Positions 1 through 10,580 are shown, counted from the stretch's first letter. The stretch is DNA of 58,166 bases from Candidatus Uhrbacteria bacterium (GCA_943358395.1 CALRGY010000002.1:1-58166), one strand, 5' to 3'. A program made the numbers and translations. The notes: generated by a model from the letters alone, not told the origin.

Positions 1-321
<321 letters not shown>

Positions 322-334
322 CACTGATTGTTAA

Positions 335-461
335 TCAGAACGTCCTCAATTTGTCTATTTTGAACTTGCCTCATCGCAAATTTCCTCAACGTACCGTGAA
401 GTACGTATCGGAATATTTGCTCGAGTCGCGTCCAAACTAGCCTAAATTGAGAACGTCCTGA
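335..461. repeat. ~125-bp palindromic element, copy 1 (23S-5S spacer)
   Basis: Imperfect terminal IR TCAGAACGTCCTCAATTT/AAATTGAGAACGTCCTGA; core CAACGTACCGTGAAGTACGT. Confidence 0.85.
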
Positions 462-513
462 ACATAACAATGCGTTCTTCACTATTTGCAGAAACTGATC
501 GAAAGGATCCTCC

Positions 514-625
514 GTCTTGGTGGCACTTCCGGCAGGGCAACACCCGTTCCCATCCCGAACACGGTCGTTAAGCCTGCACGGGCCGATGGTAGTCAAGGTT
601 GGCGAGAGTAGGTGGCCGCCAGGAC
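514..625 (+). rRNA. rrf: 5S rRNA
   Basis: CACCCGTTCCCATCCCGAACACGG, GCCGATGGTAGT, GAGAGTAGG motifs; pairing ends GTCTTGGTGGC/GCCGCCAGGAC. Confidence 0.95.
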
Positions 626-653
626 AGAGAACCCTTTCACAGTACGAAACAAA

Positions 654-681
654 TCGAGCCCCAGTGGCTCGTTTTTGTTTT
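654..681 (+). terminator. rRNA operon intrinsic terminator
   Basis: CGAGCC-CCAGT-GGCTCG followed by T run. Confidence 0.7.
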
Positions 682-701
682 GACGAGTAAAATAAACGAG
701 T

Positions 702-1274
702 ATGAAAATTATTCTGGGTTCACAGTCGAAGTGGCGAGCGAAAGAGCTTGAAGAGGCTGGCATTGAATTTACCACAATGAGCGCAGATATTGATGAGAAG
801 GCAATTCGTTTCGATGATCCGGAAAAGTTGACTCTCGCACTTGCTCACGCAAAAGCCGATGCACTCCTGAAAGACATTTATGAGCCGGCATTACTGATAA
901 CAACGGATCAAGTTGCTGTTTGCGACGGGGAGATTCGAGAGAAGCCAGAAAATGTGAGAGAAGCGCGAGGTTTCTTGGAATCGTATACGAGATATCCCGC
1001 AGAGGTTGTAAACGGTTTGGTTGTGACGGATACGTCATCAGGGAAAAGATTTGAAGGAATCGATCGTGCGAAAGTTTTCTATAAACCTTCGTTGGCATTT
1101 GTTATCGATGAGCTTATTAAGAAGGGCGAAGTCATGACGTGTGCTGGATCATTTCAGGCAGAGGATCCGCTCATGCTCGCCCATGTCGACCATATTGAGG
1201 GCGGGCTCGATAGTTTTTCCGGTATGCCAATTGTGCTTGTAAAAAGGTTGCTTTCCGAAGCTCAATTGTTATGA
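702..1274 (+). CDS. maf: Maf family nucleoside triphosphate pyrophosphatase
   Basis: KIILGSQSKWR, LALAHAKA, LITTDQV, EKP motifs. Confidence 0.92.
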   Translation: MKIILGSQSKWRAKELEEAGIEFTTMSADIDEKAIRFDDPEKLTLALAHAKADALLKDIYEPALLITTDQVAVCDGEIREKPENVREARGFLESYTRYPAEVVNGLVVTDTSSGKRFEGIDRAKVFYKPSLAFVIDELIKKGEVMTCAGSFQAEDPLMLAHVDHIEGGLDSFSGMPIVLVKRLLSEAQLL

Positions 1275-1936
1275 AAACCATCCTCATCACCGGCGTCAGT
1301 CGCGGAATCGGTCGTGCGCTTGCAGAAAGATTTCTCCAAAATGGCGATTTCGTCATTGGGACTTCAACTTCTGGCACTTCGCCGATCGAGCACGAGCGAT
1401 TACTGATGCTCAAACTTGATCTCGCAAGCCCTGAAAGTATCGCTGCATGCGCGCAATTCATCATCGATTCCGGTAAAACGATTGATGTTCTCATGAACAA
1501 TGCCGGCATTTGGTCTGGGGTCGACGAAAGTCCGAGTATCGATGTCGGAATGTTACGAAAAGTTCTTGAAGTGAATCTTTTTGGTACCGTGGACTTCACG
1601 GAGCGAATCATCCCGATAATGAAAAACGGTGGTCACATTGTGAATATTTCCTCAAGAATGGGGTCTATCGGTGGAATCGAGAGGGTTGGAATTAACTGGC
1701 CTGATTACAAAATTTCGAAAGCTGCATTAAACATGGCTACTCGTATTTTGAGTGTTCGATTGCAGGATCGAAATATCACCGTTTCCTCCGTTCATCCAGG
1801 CTGGGTCAAGACCGATATGGGTGGATCTGACGCGGATCTTGAGCCCGAAGAAGCAGCGGAAGACATTTTCACATTCGCGATATCGATGCCAGAAACCGGA
1901 CAGTTTTGGTTTAAAGGTGAGAAGTTTTCTTGGTGA
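1271..1936 (+). CDS. SDR family oxidoreductase
   Basis: TGVSRGIG, NNAG, YKISK, HPGWVKTDMGG. Confidence 0.95.
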   Translation: MKTILITGVSRGIGRALAERFLQNGDFVIGTSTSGTSPIEHERLLMLKLDLASPESIAACAQFIIDSGKTIDVLMNNAGIWSGVDESPSIDVGMLRKVLEVNLFGTVDFTERIIPIMKNGGHIVNISSRMGSIGGIERVGINWPDYKISKAALNMATRILSVRLQDRNITVSSVHPGWVKTDMGGSDADLEPEEAAEDIFTFAISMPETGQFWFKGEKFSW

Positions 1937-1955
1937 TCGGGTACAATTCTTTTAT

Positions 1956-2990
1956 ATGTTGCAGCATGACTTTCCAAGTTCCCCAGAAAAAATACGCGAA
2001 CAGATTATCGCAGAGGCTGTTTCGGAATTGAAGGGCTTTGGCTCTACGAAAGTTCGGCAGTTCCAGCAGGGTAGCGATCCTCGTCAGACGAGTCCTGAAA
2101 ATCTCATAAAGCCTTTTAAAAAAATAGCATTTCCGAGTGAAGGACCTCGTGAGCTGACTTTTTTTGGCGTTGTTCATAAAAATAAGGAATCAATCGCGGC
2201 TTTGCGGACAGATCTTCGAGAGAACGTTTTATTAAAACAGGATCCCGAAAAGATCGTTTGGATGATCGAGGGACGGCATACCGAAAAGCCATACGATCGC
2301 GAACAGGCATTGGAGGACATGGAGGGCGTAACTTCGATTGAACAAGCGATTGAGAAGTTTGGTGAATCTGGCGTTGCGTTGTGGTGTGTTGCTGATTATG
2401 CACGACGAAACCCACCAATTGAGGTTGAAATTTCATCACCAGAAGCGCCAGAAGCCGATATTGCACAGGCATTGAAATCCGAATACAGCCCTGCAGATAT
2501 TGCGGCCTATCTCATGCTTCGCCAATGGATCTCTAAAATTGGCGGGAAAAAGACAGGAGAATATTCAACCAGAGAATTCGCAGGATATGCGTTTTATGTT
2601 GCGCAGGTATCGGGTGTCGATTGGATCCATGACAAGAAGACGGAAGACGAGATTCGTGAGCTGAGGAAGAATGATGGGAAGTTCGATGAATATAGAGCAG
2701 TTGTTGGTCAGCAGTTCCTCGACGGGCTCAACACAAAACTTGGATTATCGATCACGTTGGAACAGCTTCGTGCCCGGAAAGCCGATGATACGTTAATGAG
2801 AGAGATGAATACTTCTTCCAGCGCCGAAAGCGAGCTTAATAATCGTTGGAATACTGAGCGAGATAGGTTTTTGGTGAAGGAAATTGGGAATGCAATAACT
2901 CGAGGCAAAAAACCATACGTTATTTTCGGAGCATCACACGCGATTCATTGTGAGCCGGCATTAGAAAAGCTTTCTGAGCTTGTACTATGA
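1956..2990 (+). CDS. Hypothetical protein
   Basis: Long ORF; ATG 1956 lies 8 nt after TACAAT. Confidence 0.7.
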   Translation: MLQHDFPSSPEKIREQIIAEAVSELKGFGSTKVRQFQQGSDPRQTSPENLIKPFKKIAFPSEGPRELTFFGVVHKNKESIAALRTDLRENVLLKQDPEKIVWMIEGRHTEKPYDREQALEDMEGVTSIEQAIEKFGESGVALWCVADYARRNPPIEVEISSPEAPEADIAQALKSEYSPADIAAYLMLRQWISKIGGKKTGEYSTREFAGYAFYVAQVSGVDWIHDKKTEDEIRELRKNDGKFDEYRAVVGQQFLDGLNTKLGLSITLEQLRARKADDTLMREMNTSSSAESELNNRWNTERDRFLVKEIGNAITRGKKPYVIFGASHAIHCEPALEKLSELVL

Positions 2991-3016
2991 GATGGGGCTA
3001 CAATCAGGTTTATGTC

Positions 3017-4078
3017 ATGTTGTACGTTCTCGTTTTTGGTATTTTTCTTCATCCCCACTTCGCTCACGCCATCCCTCCGCCGGACGTTATCTCGAGCGTT
3101 GGTTCGCAACTGTCGCAGTTTCTTGGTCTTGGTGCGGTGTTGTTTTCTCTTTCCGTCGGGATGATGGCGCGCGTGTTCCAGCAGATTGCATCGCGAACGG
3201 GAATGCGTTCTGCTGTTGTTTTTCGAATCACCATCCTCGTTATTGTTCTTGGATTTTCGAGTGCATACGTTTTCGCTTCCTATCAATCGGCGATGAGTCA
3301 ACGGGCATACAACCAGCAAATCGCCGATGACTTGAAGAGAGGGTTCGATGATCAGTTTCCCGTGGAAGATGGAGTTCCGGTCGATGACACAACGACCTCA
3401 GCGGATCCGATGATGCCCGAGGCGCTTATCGATCTTTCATTATTTGTTTCCAACGACGCATTTCGCGCGATCGAAGCATCAAATCCCTTTGTCCTTGATG
3501 CTCGGGAAGATGAGGAATACGCCTATGGTCGATACCCGGGAAGCGCGCACATTCGGTTTGCGGATCTTATGAATGGCGAATGGAACAAGGTTCCCGCTCA
3601 TCAACCGGTGTATGTCTTCTGCTGGTCTGGCATTCGTGGGGAAATGGTAACGACATTCTTAAGAACAAAGGGAATTCAGGCGCAATATCTTGAAAAAGGC
3701 GCCGAGGGTTGGGTAAAAGACGGCGGAACGTGGGAGGGAGAGATTTCGTTCGCAGTGAAATATCCCGAGGAACGATATTCGAAGGTGATCACCACAGCCG
3801 AGGCTCACGCCGCGGTCGATTCCGGTGTACTCCTCATCGACGCTCGCGATACGGAAACATTCTCCAAGAAACACATCGATGGCGCGATCAACATCTCCGC
3901 GATCTTTACCCCATCATCGGAGCTCGCCGATGAGGTCGCAGCCGTTCCGGTCGGTGCAACGGTCATCACGGTGTGTGATAGTTTTGTTAGTTGTTTTGAT
4001 GCAAAGATCGTTGCACTCAAGCTCGAAGCTGCTGGTCACACCTTCCTCGGCAGATATAACACACCTTGGGAGTACTAA
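3017..4078 (+). CDS. Membrane protein with two rhodanese-like domains
   Basis: N-terminal hydrophobic helices; LDARE..EY..G..PGS, CWSGIRG, LIDARD..F..KHIDGAIN; start may be 2987. Confidence 0.85.
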   Translation: MLYVLVFGIFLHPHFAHAIPPPDVISSVGSQLSQFLGLGAVLFSLSVGMMARVFQQIASRTGMRSAVVFRITILVIVLGFSSAYVFASYQSAMSQRAYNQQIADDLKRGFDDQFPVEDGVPVDDTTTSADPMMPEALIDLSLFVSNDAFRAIEASNPFVLDAREDEEYAYGRYPGSAHIRFADLMNGEWNKVPAHQPVYVFCWSGIRGEMVTTFLRTKGIQAQYLEKGAEGWVKDGGTWEGEISFAVKYPEERYSKVITTAEAHAAVDSGVLLIDARDTETFSKKHIDGAINISAIFTPSSELADEVAAVPVGATVITVCDSFVSCFDAKIVALKLEAAGHTFLGRYNTPWEY

Positions 4079-4079
4079 T

Positions 4080-5240
4080 ATGCCGAATCAATCATCGATT
4101 TCAGGATTGCCGACGTCGGGGAAGTTCTTTTTCGAGAAAACAGAAGTCTGTGACGTTGCGCCGTATCCGTCGGCGGAGACGTTTGCTTTACTTCAGGAGC
4201 TGTATGCGAAAGATGGACCAATCGATCGCGCATATCGATCTCAAGGAATTCGATACACCGACACGCGGTTTCTTCGCATCATCGAGGGCGAACTTTTCGT
4301 CGATCGTGAGCGAGAGTTACAAAGTCTTTTCCCGTCACACTCATACTTTGTCGGCACCGATTACACGCCGAAGCCCTCAAGAATCAAGGGATTCCTCACA
4401 TCTTTACGAAATACATCGCGGCTCCAAAAGATTCATGGCTCGGTCGATGAGTATCGCGCGAGACTCCGAGTGATGCTCGATCGAGAGCTGAAGACCACAA
4501 CGATCGACGAAGCGAAGAGGGAATTTTTTGATGATTACGAAACGATTTTCACTGTTAATCTCATCGCGGGAAATGCGATTACGCAATTGCAACGATCGTT
4601 GCCGAAAGATATTTCGATCGCAGAGGCGTTATCGTATTTCCCTGAGGGGATCGAGCCATTATGGAAGGCTCCGACCGGATTGATTGGAAGTACCCTCGAG
4701 TTCACCGATGAGAGTGCATTCATCTCGAATGCGGTCGATCACATATCGACCAGTATTCCTGATGGCATTCCGCTGAAAATATTACAAAACACGCAAAACT
4801 TCCTTCGGCTCCGCGAATACGGTCGCTGGATCGCCATTCGACACATCAATCATCTCCGAGACTTGTATCCTCACATCAATCCTCCGAATGTTCCGATCGT
4901 ACCGTTGCCGACGATTATTACCGACCAGAAGCTTCCGATCGCTCCGATAAAATCCATCGGCGTCTCCGCTGGAATCGCCACGGGAATACTCGTCGATTCG
5001 CCCACCAAAGGCGGGATTCTCGTCGTCTCCACGCTCTCGCCGGCACTCGTCCAACACTTTTCAATGATTGTCGGAATCATCGCCTCCCACGGAAGCATAA
5101 TGAGCCATTGTGCCATTGTTGCTCGTGAAATGGGTTTGCCGGTTGTTACAAAGTACCCAATACAGACGTTGCCCATCGGAAAGCGTGTGACGATCGATGG
5201 GGGAACGGGCAGGGTGAGTATTGATGAGCCGTGCGCATAA
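4080..5240 (+). CDS. PEP-utilising enzyme mobile (phospho-His) domain protein
   Basis: C-terminal GVSAGIATG and GSIMSHCAIVAREMGLPVV...VTIDGGTGRV; starts 1 nt after upstream stop. Confidence 0.85.
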   Translation: MPNQSSISGLPTSGKFFFEKTEVCDVAPYPSAETFALLQELYAKDGPIDRAYRSQGIRYTDTRFLRIIEGELFVDRERELQSLFPSHSYFVGTDYTPKPSRIKGFLTSLRNTSRLQKIHGSVDEYRARLRVMLDRELKTTTIDEAKREFFDDYETIFTVNLIAGNAITQLQRSLPKDISIAEALSYFPEGIEPLWKAPTGLIGSTLEFTDESAFISNAVDHISTSIPDGIPLKILQNTQNFLRLREYGRWIAIRHINHLRDLYPHINPPNVPIVPLPTIITDQKLPIAPIKSIGVSAGIATGILVDSPTKGGILVVSTLSPALVQHFSMIVGIIASHGSIMSHCAIVAREMGLPVVTKYPIQTLPIGKRVTIDGGTGRVSIDEPCA

Positions 5241-5281
5241 TCATTCGCCAAATACTGCCATCGTGCTACCATTTCTGCACT

Positions 5282-6040
5282 ATGCCGATGACTCGAGTGG
5301 TGATTCTTGCTGCGGGGAAGGGAACCAGAATGAAAAGTGATATTCCAAAGCCGTTAATCCCGGTTGCGGGGGAGCCGATGATTACCAGGTTGGTGCGGAG
5401 CGTAAAGGCGTCTGGAATCGACGAAAAGCCGGTTGTTGTTGTTGGTTCTTGGAGTGAAGCGATGTTTCGGGATGCGTTGGGGGATTCTGTCGATTATGCA
5501 ATGCAAGTAGAGCAGCTCGGAACCGGGCACGCATTAAAAGTCTCTGAAGATTCGTGCCGAGACGCGTCGAGTATTGTTGTGCTCTACGGTGATCACCCAT
5601 TTCTTTCGCCATCGATTCTTCAGCGACTCGCTCAGCTTCGGCTTGAGCACCCCGATTCGCTAGTTATGCTTACGGTTCGGGTTCCGAATTTTGAAGGAGA
5701 TTACGCGGGATTTATTTCTTGGAGCAAGATTCTTCGCGATGAACATGGAAAGATTATTGGGGATCGGCAGGTAAAGGATGCTTCTGAGGAAGAGAAGAAG
5801 ATTCTCGAATTAAATCCGTGTATGTACGCATTCCCGGCTCCATGGATTTGGGAGCGTCTTTCACGGTTGAAAAACTTGAATGCGAGTAAGGAGTATTACC
5901 TTACAGACGTCATCGCGATGGCTATGGAAGAGGGGAAAGAGATCGTGACCGCAGATGCGGACCCGCTAGACGTTATCGGTATTAATTCTCCAGAAGAGCT
6001 TGCGCGAGCAGAGGCGATGAACGCTGGTATACTTCGGTGA
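5282..6040 (+). CDS. Sugar-phosphate nucleotidyltransferase (GlmU N-terminal-like, no acetyltransferase domain)
   Basis: VILAAGKGTRMKS, QLGTGHA, YGDHP, EYYLTD, GINS. Confidence 0.9.
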   Translation: MPMTRVVILAAGKGTRMKSDIPKPLIPVAGEPMITRLVRSVKASGIDEKPVVVVGSWSEAMFRDALGDSVDYAMQVEQLGTGHALKVSEDSCRDASSIVVLYGDHPFLSPSILQRLAQLRLEHPDSLVMLTVRVPNFEGDYAGFISWSKILRDEHGKIIGDRQVKDASEEEKKILELNPCMYAFPAPWIWERLSRLKNLNASKEYYLTDVIAMAMEEGKEIVTADADPLDVIGINSPEELARAEAMNAGILR

Positions 6041-6041
6041 T

Positions 6042-6662
6042 ATGGATTTGATTGTGATCGTGGAGCAGCGGTCGAAGGTGGCGGCGCAGAAGGCTCGTGC
6101 CTTTGCGAATGACGTTCGTCGATTGCTTGTAGCATCACCAGTATTCGGTGGAGCAGTGGTGGGAACGGGAATTATTTTAGGGGGCGCACCGATTCTTTTG
6201 TGGCAGTATTTTGGAAATTTTATTGATGCATGTTTTGGTGCGCGGGGCGTTGGCACCATGACGACGGATTTGTCGCATAATGCTGTTGCTGTAGGAATTG
6301 TAGCGGCAGTCCTTATTGGTGCCGGCGCATATTTTGCGCAAACGCAGGCGCTGTCTCGAAGAATCGCTTCCACGATTGCTCTGAGCATTTTTTTCGTCAC
6401 ACATATCGTCGCTCTCCTTCCCGTGGAGAAATCATTTCTTGTATTTCTGTGTATCCTCGCGATCGGATTTCGGTTCGCACATCATCGCGCGGCAAGAATA
6501 CTCATGACATGCGTACTCGGACTTCTCGCGACGGTATCCGTGTCCGATATTCTGCTCATGATGACCCGCCGAAGTTTAACCGTGGGCAGCGCAGTGGAAT
6601 ATTGTGCAATTATTCTTTCGCTTTCGATGGTGAGCGCGTATATGGCACATCGTCGAGCGTGA
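6042..6662 (+). CDS. Hypothetical membrane protein
   Basis: Several hydrophobic segments; operon-like spacing. Confidence 0.7.
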   Translation: MDLIVIVEQRSKVAAQKARAFANDVRRLLVASPVFGGAVVGTGIILGGAPILLWQYFGNFIDACFGARGVGTMTTDLSHNAVAVGIVAAVLIGAGAYFAQTQALSRRIASTIALSIFFVTHIVALLPVEKSFLVFLCILAIGFRFAHHRAARILMTCVLGLLATVSVSDILLMMTRRSLTVGSAVEYCAIILSLSMVSAYMAHRRA

Positions 6663-6674
6663 GGTAATTCTCCT

Positions 6675-7910
6675 ATGCGGATTATCACTGACTGGCACCT
6701 CCATTCTCGATTCAGCAGAGCGTGTTCATCGGATCTCACTCTTGAGAATAATGCATTGTGGTGCGAGAAGAAAGGGGTGAACGTTTTGGGGACGGCAGAT
6801 TTTACGCATCCGTTGTGGTTTTCGGAGATGCAAGAGCAGTTGGTTGAGGCTGAGTCTGGTTTGTATATGCTCCGATCGGGAAAGTTCCCATCAATGCGAT
6901 ACATGATGACAGCGGAAGTTGCGCAGATATATAAACGCGGCGGAAAAACACGCCGCATTCATAACATCATTTTTGCACCGTCAATCGAAGCGGTTGCGAA
7001 GATCAATCAGTGGCTTGATAGCGCTGGCTACAATCGGAGATCTGACGGCAGACCAATCCTCGGACTCGATTCCGAAGAATTATATAAGCGCCTTCGCGGT
7101 ATTGATGACCGCATCATCATGATTCCAGCGCACGCATGGACGCCGTGGTTCTCTGTGTTCGGATCGAAATCGGGATTTGATTCCTTGGAGGAATGCTTTG
7201 GGGAGATGACGCCGTACATTTACGCGCTCGAAACCGGGCTTTCGAGCGATCCGTTGATGAATCGATCATTGTCGAAGCTTGACGACGTGATGCTGATTTC
7301 CAATTCCGATGCGCATTCACCAAGGAACTTTGGTCGTGAAGCTAATGTGTTCGAGATTGATCCTGCGAAATATTCGTACGATGAGTTTATTCGGATTCTT
7401 CGAGATCGAGATACGGCATCATTCATATACACCATTGAATTCTTTCCCGAGGAAGGGAAGTATCACATCGACGGCTGCGCGGAATGCGGATTCTCGTGCG
7501 AGCCGATTCAGACGAAGGCGATTGGGGGTTTGTGCCCAACGTGTAAACGACCACTTACAATAGGTGTTGTTTCGCGAGTCCGGGATCTCGCCGATCGGAA
7601 AGCCGATGTAATGCCGAAGAGCCGCGTCCCGTTCAAATCCATTGTGCCTTTGCAGGAAATCATCGCCGAATGTGTGGGAGTCTCGTCAACCGCGGGGAAA
7701 AAAGTGCAGGAGATGTATGAAAAAATGATCCGCGAAATCGGTAACGAATTCCACATTCTCCTTGATGCTGATCTATTGTCGATTGCATCGGTTGCGGGAT
7801 CGTTGATTGCAGACGCGGTGCTTCGTGTTCGATCTGGAAAGGTGTCGATAACACCAGGATACGATGGAATATATGGGAAAGTACGGATCTTTTCAGAAAA
7901 TGTGAAATAA
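6675..7910 (+). CDS. Endonuclease Q family PHP-domain protein
   Basis: DWHLHSRFSRACS, GTADFTHP, PAHAWTPWFS, ETGLSSDP, NSDAHS, GKYH, Cys cluster, PGYDGIYG. Confidence 0.92.
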   Translation: MRIITDWHLHSRFSRACSSDLTLENNALWCEKKGVNVLGTADFTHPLWFSEMQEQLVEAESGLYMLRSGKFPSMRYMMTAEVAQIYKRGGKTRRIHNIIFAPSIEAVAKINQWLDSAGYNRRSDGRPILGLDSEELYKRLRGIDDRIIMIPAHAWTPWFSVFGSKSGFDSLEECFGEMTPYIYALETGLSSDPLMNRSLSKLDDVMLISNSDAHSPRNFGREANVFEIDPAKYSYDEFIRILRDRDTASFIYTIEFFPEEGKYHIDGCAECGFSCEPIQTKAIGGLCPTCKRPLTIGVVSRVRDLADRKADVMPKSRVPFKSIVPLQEIIAECVGVSSTAGKKVQEMYEKMIREIGNEFHILLDADLLSIASVAGSLIADAVLRVRSGKVSITPGYDGIYGKVRIFSENVK

Positions 7911-7983
7911 AAAAATTCCCGACAGCTGCTGACGAAACTCCTCCAGGACTTTCACCAACGCTGTGCGGGAATATTTTTGTGAA

Positions 7984-8118
7984 CTAGGCACGAGCCTTCT
8001 TTGCAGCGACCTTCTTCATAGCTTTCTTTGGTGCTGCCTTCTTTACCGCTTTCTTCACAACTTTCTTTACTGCCTTCTTCACAACCTTCTTTGCCGCTGC
8101 CTTTTTCTTCATTGGCAT
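7984..8118 (-). CDS. 44-aa Lys/Ala/Val-rich histone H1-like protein
   Basis: Manual translation MPMKKKAAAKKVVKKAVKKVVKKAVKKAAPKKAMKKVAAKKARA; below ORF-track cutoff. Confidence 0.8.
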   Translation of the reverse strand: MPMKKKAAAKKVVKKAVKKVVKKAVKKAAPKKAMKKVAAKKARA

Positions 8119-8307
8119 AAACGTATGACATTAGTTATTGACGCACGACATTAGTATCGTGGCCAAGTGTCATCACGAAGAAAACTTCATGACGCTAAGG
8201 GAAGTATAGCAGTGAAATAGCACAGAGAAAATATTTTTCTCAAAAATATCCCGAGTTATACACAGTGTGAAAATATTGTGGACGAAAAAATACGTGCAAC
8301 GAAAAAA

Positions 8308-9675
8308 TTATTCTACGATGTTGACCGATGTTCCGACGGCGCTCCACATATAAATCCATTCTGAATTTTCCGCATTCATATTAATGCAGCCGTGACTCAT
8401 CGGGTGACCAAAATTATTATGCCAGTACGCCCAGTGAATATAAATGTGATCATAGATGCGCAAATTCCATTTCACATTTGGAACGTTATAGTTATTCGGA
8501 TTACCAACGCCAAAAGACCACACATAGTCGTGATACAGTAATTTTGCCTTCACCGTTGTTTTACCGAGTGGCGTTACAAAGCCTTTCTTTGCCGTGGACA
8601 CAAGAAATGTATGCATCGGTACGCCGTATTCGTACGCGGTTAATCGTTGCTGTGAAATATCAACGCGAATAGATTTCTCAGAAACATCATCATTCATTCG
8701 CGGTGCAATATTTGCGACGACAAATCCGGAGTGTGTACCAGATTTCCTAATGAATGCTGCAGAAATAGCGTGTATTGCATCGGCGGAGAACGGTGTTATC
8801 CGATCGTTGTTCATCGATATGATCGCCGGTTCGACATAGCCCTGTGTTGCAAAAAGAATCTGGTGCTCGTCATCAACTCCGATCGGGGCGATGAGTGCTG
8901 ATGATACCGATGAGGAAGATTCCGATTGTATCGCAATGAGCGTTGACGTGACGTGATCGAATGTCCACGCAACAACGGTTGGTGCGGAATATCCCATCGT
9001 TGACGTGAGAATTTCATCGACGCCATCGCTGTTCATGTCGCCGAGCGCGATCGCGGCTCCAGTATTCTTCGTTGCGCTATCGATAAACGTTTCGGCGATC
9101 ATACGTCCAAAGGGATCAAAAACTTTGACGCTTGGCCCACCGCTAACGCCAGCACCAATAACAATATCGCCGATGCCATCTCCGGTGACATCTCCGCAGG
9201 CAATATTCACACCGCCGTGAAATGTTTCATTGAAGGCAAAGAATCCTGGATACTTCTTTTCACCCATGTTCGTAAAGATTTGCAGGTGCGGTCCGCCGTT
9301 CCACGCAGCACCGGTTACGATCTCGGTAATTCCATCGCCGTCCACGTCGCATGCGGCAACATTCACTCCGCCGCGGTAGCCAACGTCATATGCAAGAAAT
9401 TTGCCGATGAATGATCCGTCTTGGCGAAACACGGAAACGCTCGGATCTGCATCTTCACCGGCACCAACAAGAATTTCCGCAACACCATCGCGTCCAAGGT
9501 CGGCACTTGCAACGCTTCCGATGAGCGCATCCGCATCATCGAATGGCGTAAAAATCGTAACAATATCTCCCGCAGTATCAAGAATGCGGACATCTGGTTG
9601 TGATGCTGCAACGCAAAAGTATGGCGCACTCCATACGCCAAAGCCCACGATGATCCATAGCAACATGCGAAACAT
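8308..9675 (-). CDS. L,D-transpeptidase family protein with FG-GAP-like repeats
   Basis: Signal-like N-terminus, DVDGDG repeats, C-terminal YIHWAYWHNNFGHPMSHGCIN. Confidence 0.9.
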   Translation of the reverse strand: MFRMLLWIIVGFGVWSAPYFCVAASQPDVRILDTAGDIVTIFTPFDDADALIGSVASADLGRDGVAEILVGAGEDADPSVSVFRQDGSFIGKFLAYDVGYRGGVNVAACDVDGDGITEIVTGAAWNGGPHLQIFTNMGEKKYPGFFAFNETFHGGVNIACGDVTGDGIGDIVIGAGVSGGPSVKVFDPFGRMIAETFIDSATKNTGAAIALGDMNSDGVDEILTSTMGYSAPTVVAWTFDHVTSTLIAIQSESSSSVSSALIAPIGVDDEHQILFATQGYVEPAIISMNNDRITPFSADAIHAISAAFIRKSGTHSGFVVANIAPRMNDDVSEKSIRVDISQQRLTAYEYGVPMHTFLVSTAKKGFVTPLGKTTVKAKLLYHDYVWSFGVGNPNNYNVPNVKWNLRIYDHIYIHWAYWHNNFGHPMSHGCINMNAENSEWIYMWSAVGTSVNIVE

Positions 9676-9705
9676 ACGTGTGCTAGTATACTGCCTATCA
9701 ACTCT

Positions 9706-10524
9706 ATGAGGATCGCACAGCGTTTTCCATTTCTGCACACCGTAAGCATTTGGCGATTCCGTGTTTTGCGTTGGATGCGATGGATATTCTTTCAGCGCAT
9801 TGCCACGCATCATCGCTTGCGACCATTGCCGTTTCGCGTAACATCGCACGAATCCCTCTTGTTACGTAAGCTCGGCGACGCAGATATGCGCTTGCAGACA
9901 AATAAGATCACCAATCTTCGTCTTGCATCGGCGAAGATGAATGGAATCATCATTCGACCCGGTGAGACATTTTCGTTTTGGCGACTCGTAGGTTGGCCAA
10001 CGGCAAAGAAAGGATATGTGACAGGGATGTTGCTTTCGAATGGGAAAGTGCAAGAAGGCATCGGCGGCGGTTTATGCCAAGCAGCGAACCTGTTGTACTG
10101 GATGGCATTGCACTCGCCATTGGTTACTACCGAACGTCATCGGCATAGCTACGATATTTTTCCAGATTCTGGTCGTGTCCTTCCATTCGGTACTGGTGCT
10201 GCCGTGTACTACAACTACGTCGATCTTCAGTTTCACAATCCAACAGACACAACATTTCACATCATCATCGGCGTCAACGAAACGCATCTTCACGGAGAGA
10301 TTCGATCAGATATTCTTACGCCGCATTCGTACAAAATCATCGAGCGCGACCATCGCTTCACTCGTTCCCGTACAACCGGAAAAATCTTCCGCGAGAATAA
10401 TCTCTATCGCCAAACATTCGATAAACGCACAGGAAACATGCTGAGCGACGAGTTGCTGTATAAGAATCACTGTGAGACGCTGTATCGTCCAGAATCGAAG
10501 ATCCTCATCGAGGAAGCGCCGTAA
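9706..10524 (+). CDS. VanW family protein
   Basis: PGETFSFW, GIGGGLCQ, ERHRHS, YVDLQF. Confidence 0.9.
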   Translation: MRIAQRFPFLHTVSIWRFRVLRWMRWIFFQRIATHHRLRPLPFRVTSHESLLLRKLGDADMRLQTNKITNLRLASAKMNGIIIRPGETFSFWRLVGWPTAKKGYVTGMLLSNGKVQEGIGGGLCQAANLLYWMALHSPLVTTERHRHSYDIFPDSGRVLPFGTGAAVYYNYVDLQFHNPTDTTFHIIIGVNETHLHGEIRSDILTPHSYKIIERDHRFTRSRTTGKIFRENNLYRQTFDKRTGNMLSDELLYKNHCETLYRPESKILIEEAP

Positions 10525-10580
10525 GTGTTTGTGTGGGATCGGTTTTGACGAGTTCATCTTGAGTGAAAACGCGACGAATA

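Noticed and set aside
8256..8264. DnaA box TTATACACA as replication origin
   Set aside because: Only one perfect box, no cluster, and no dnaA/dnaN nearby
9706..10524. vanW as a vancomycin resistance cluster
   Set aside because: No vanH, vanA/B, vanX or vanRS nearby; VanW domains are widespread
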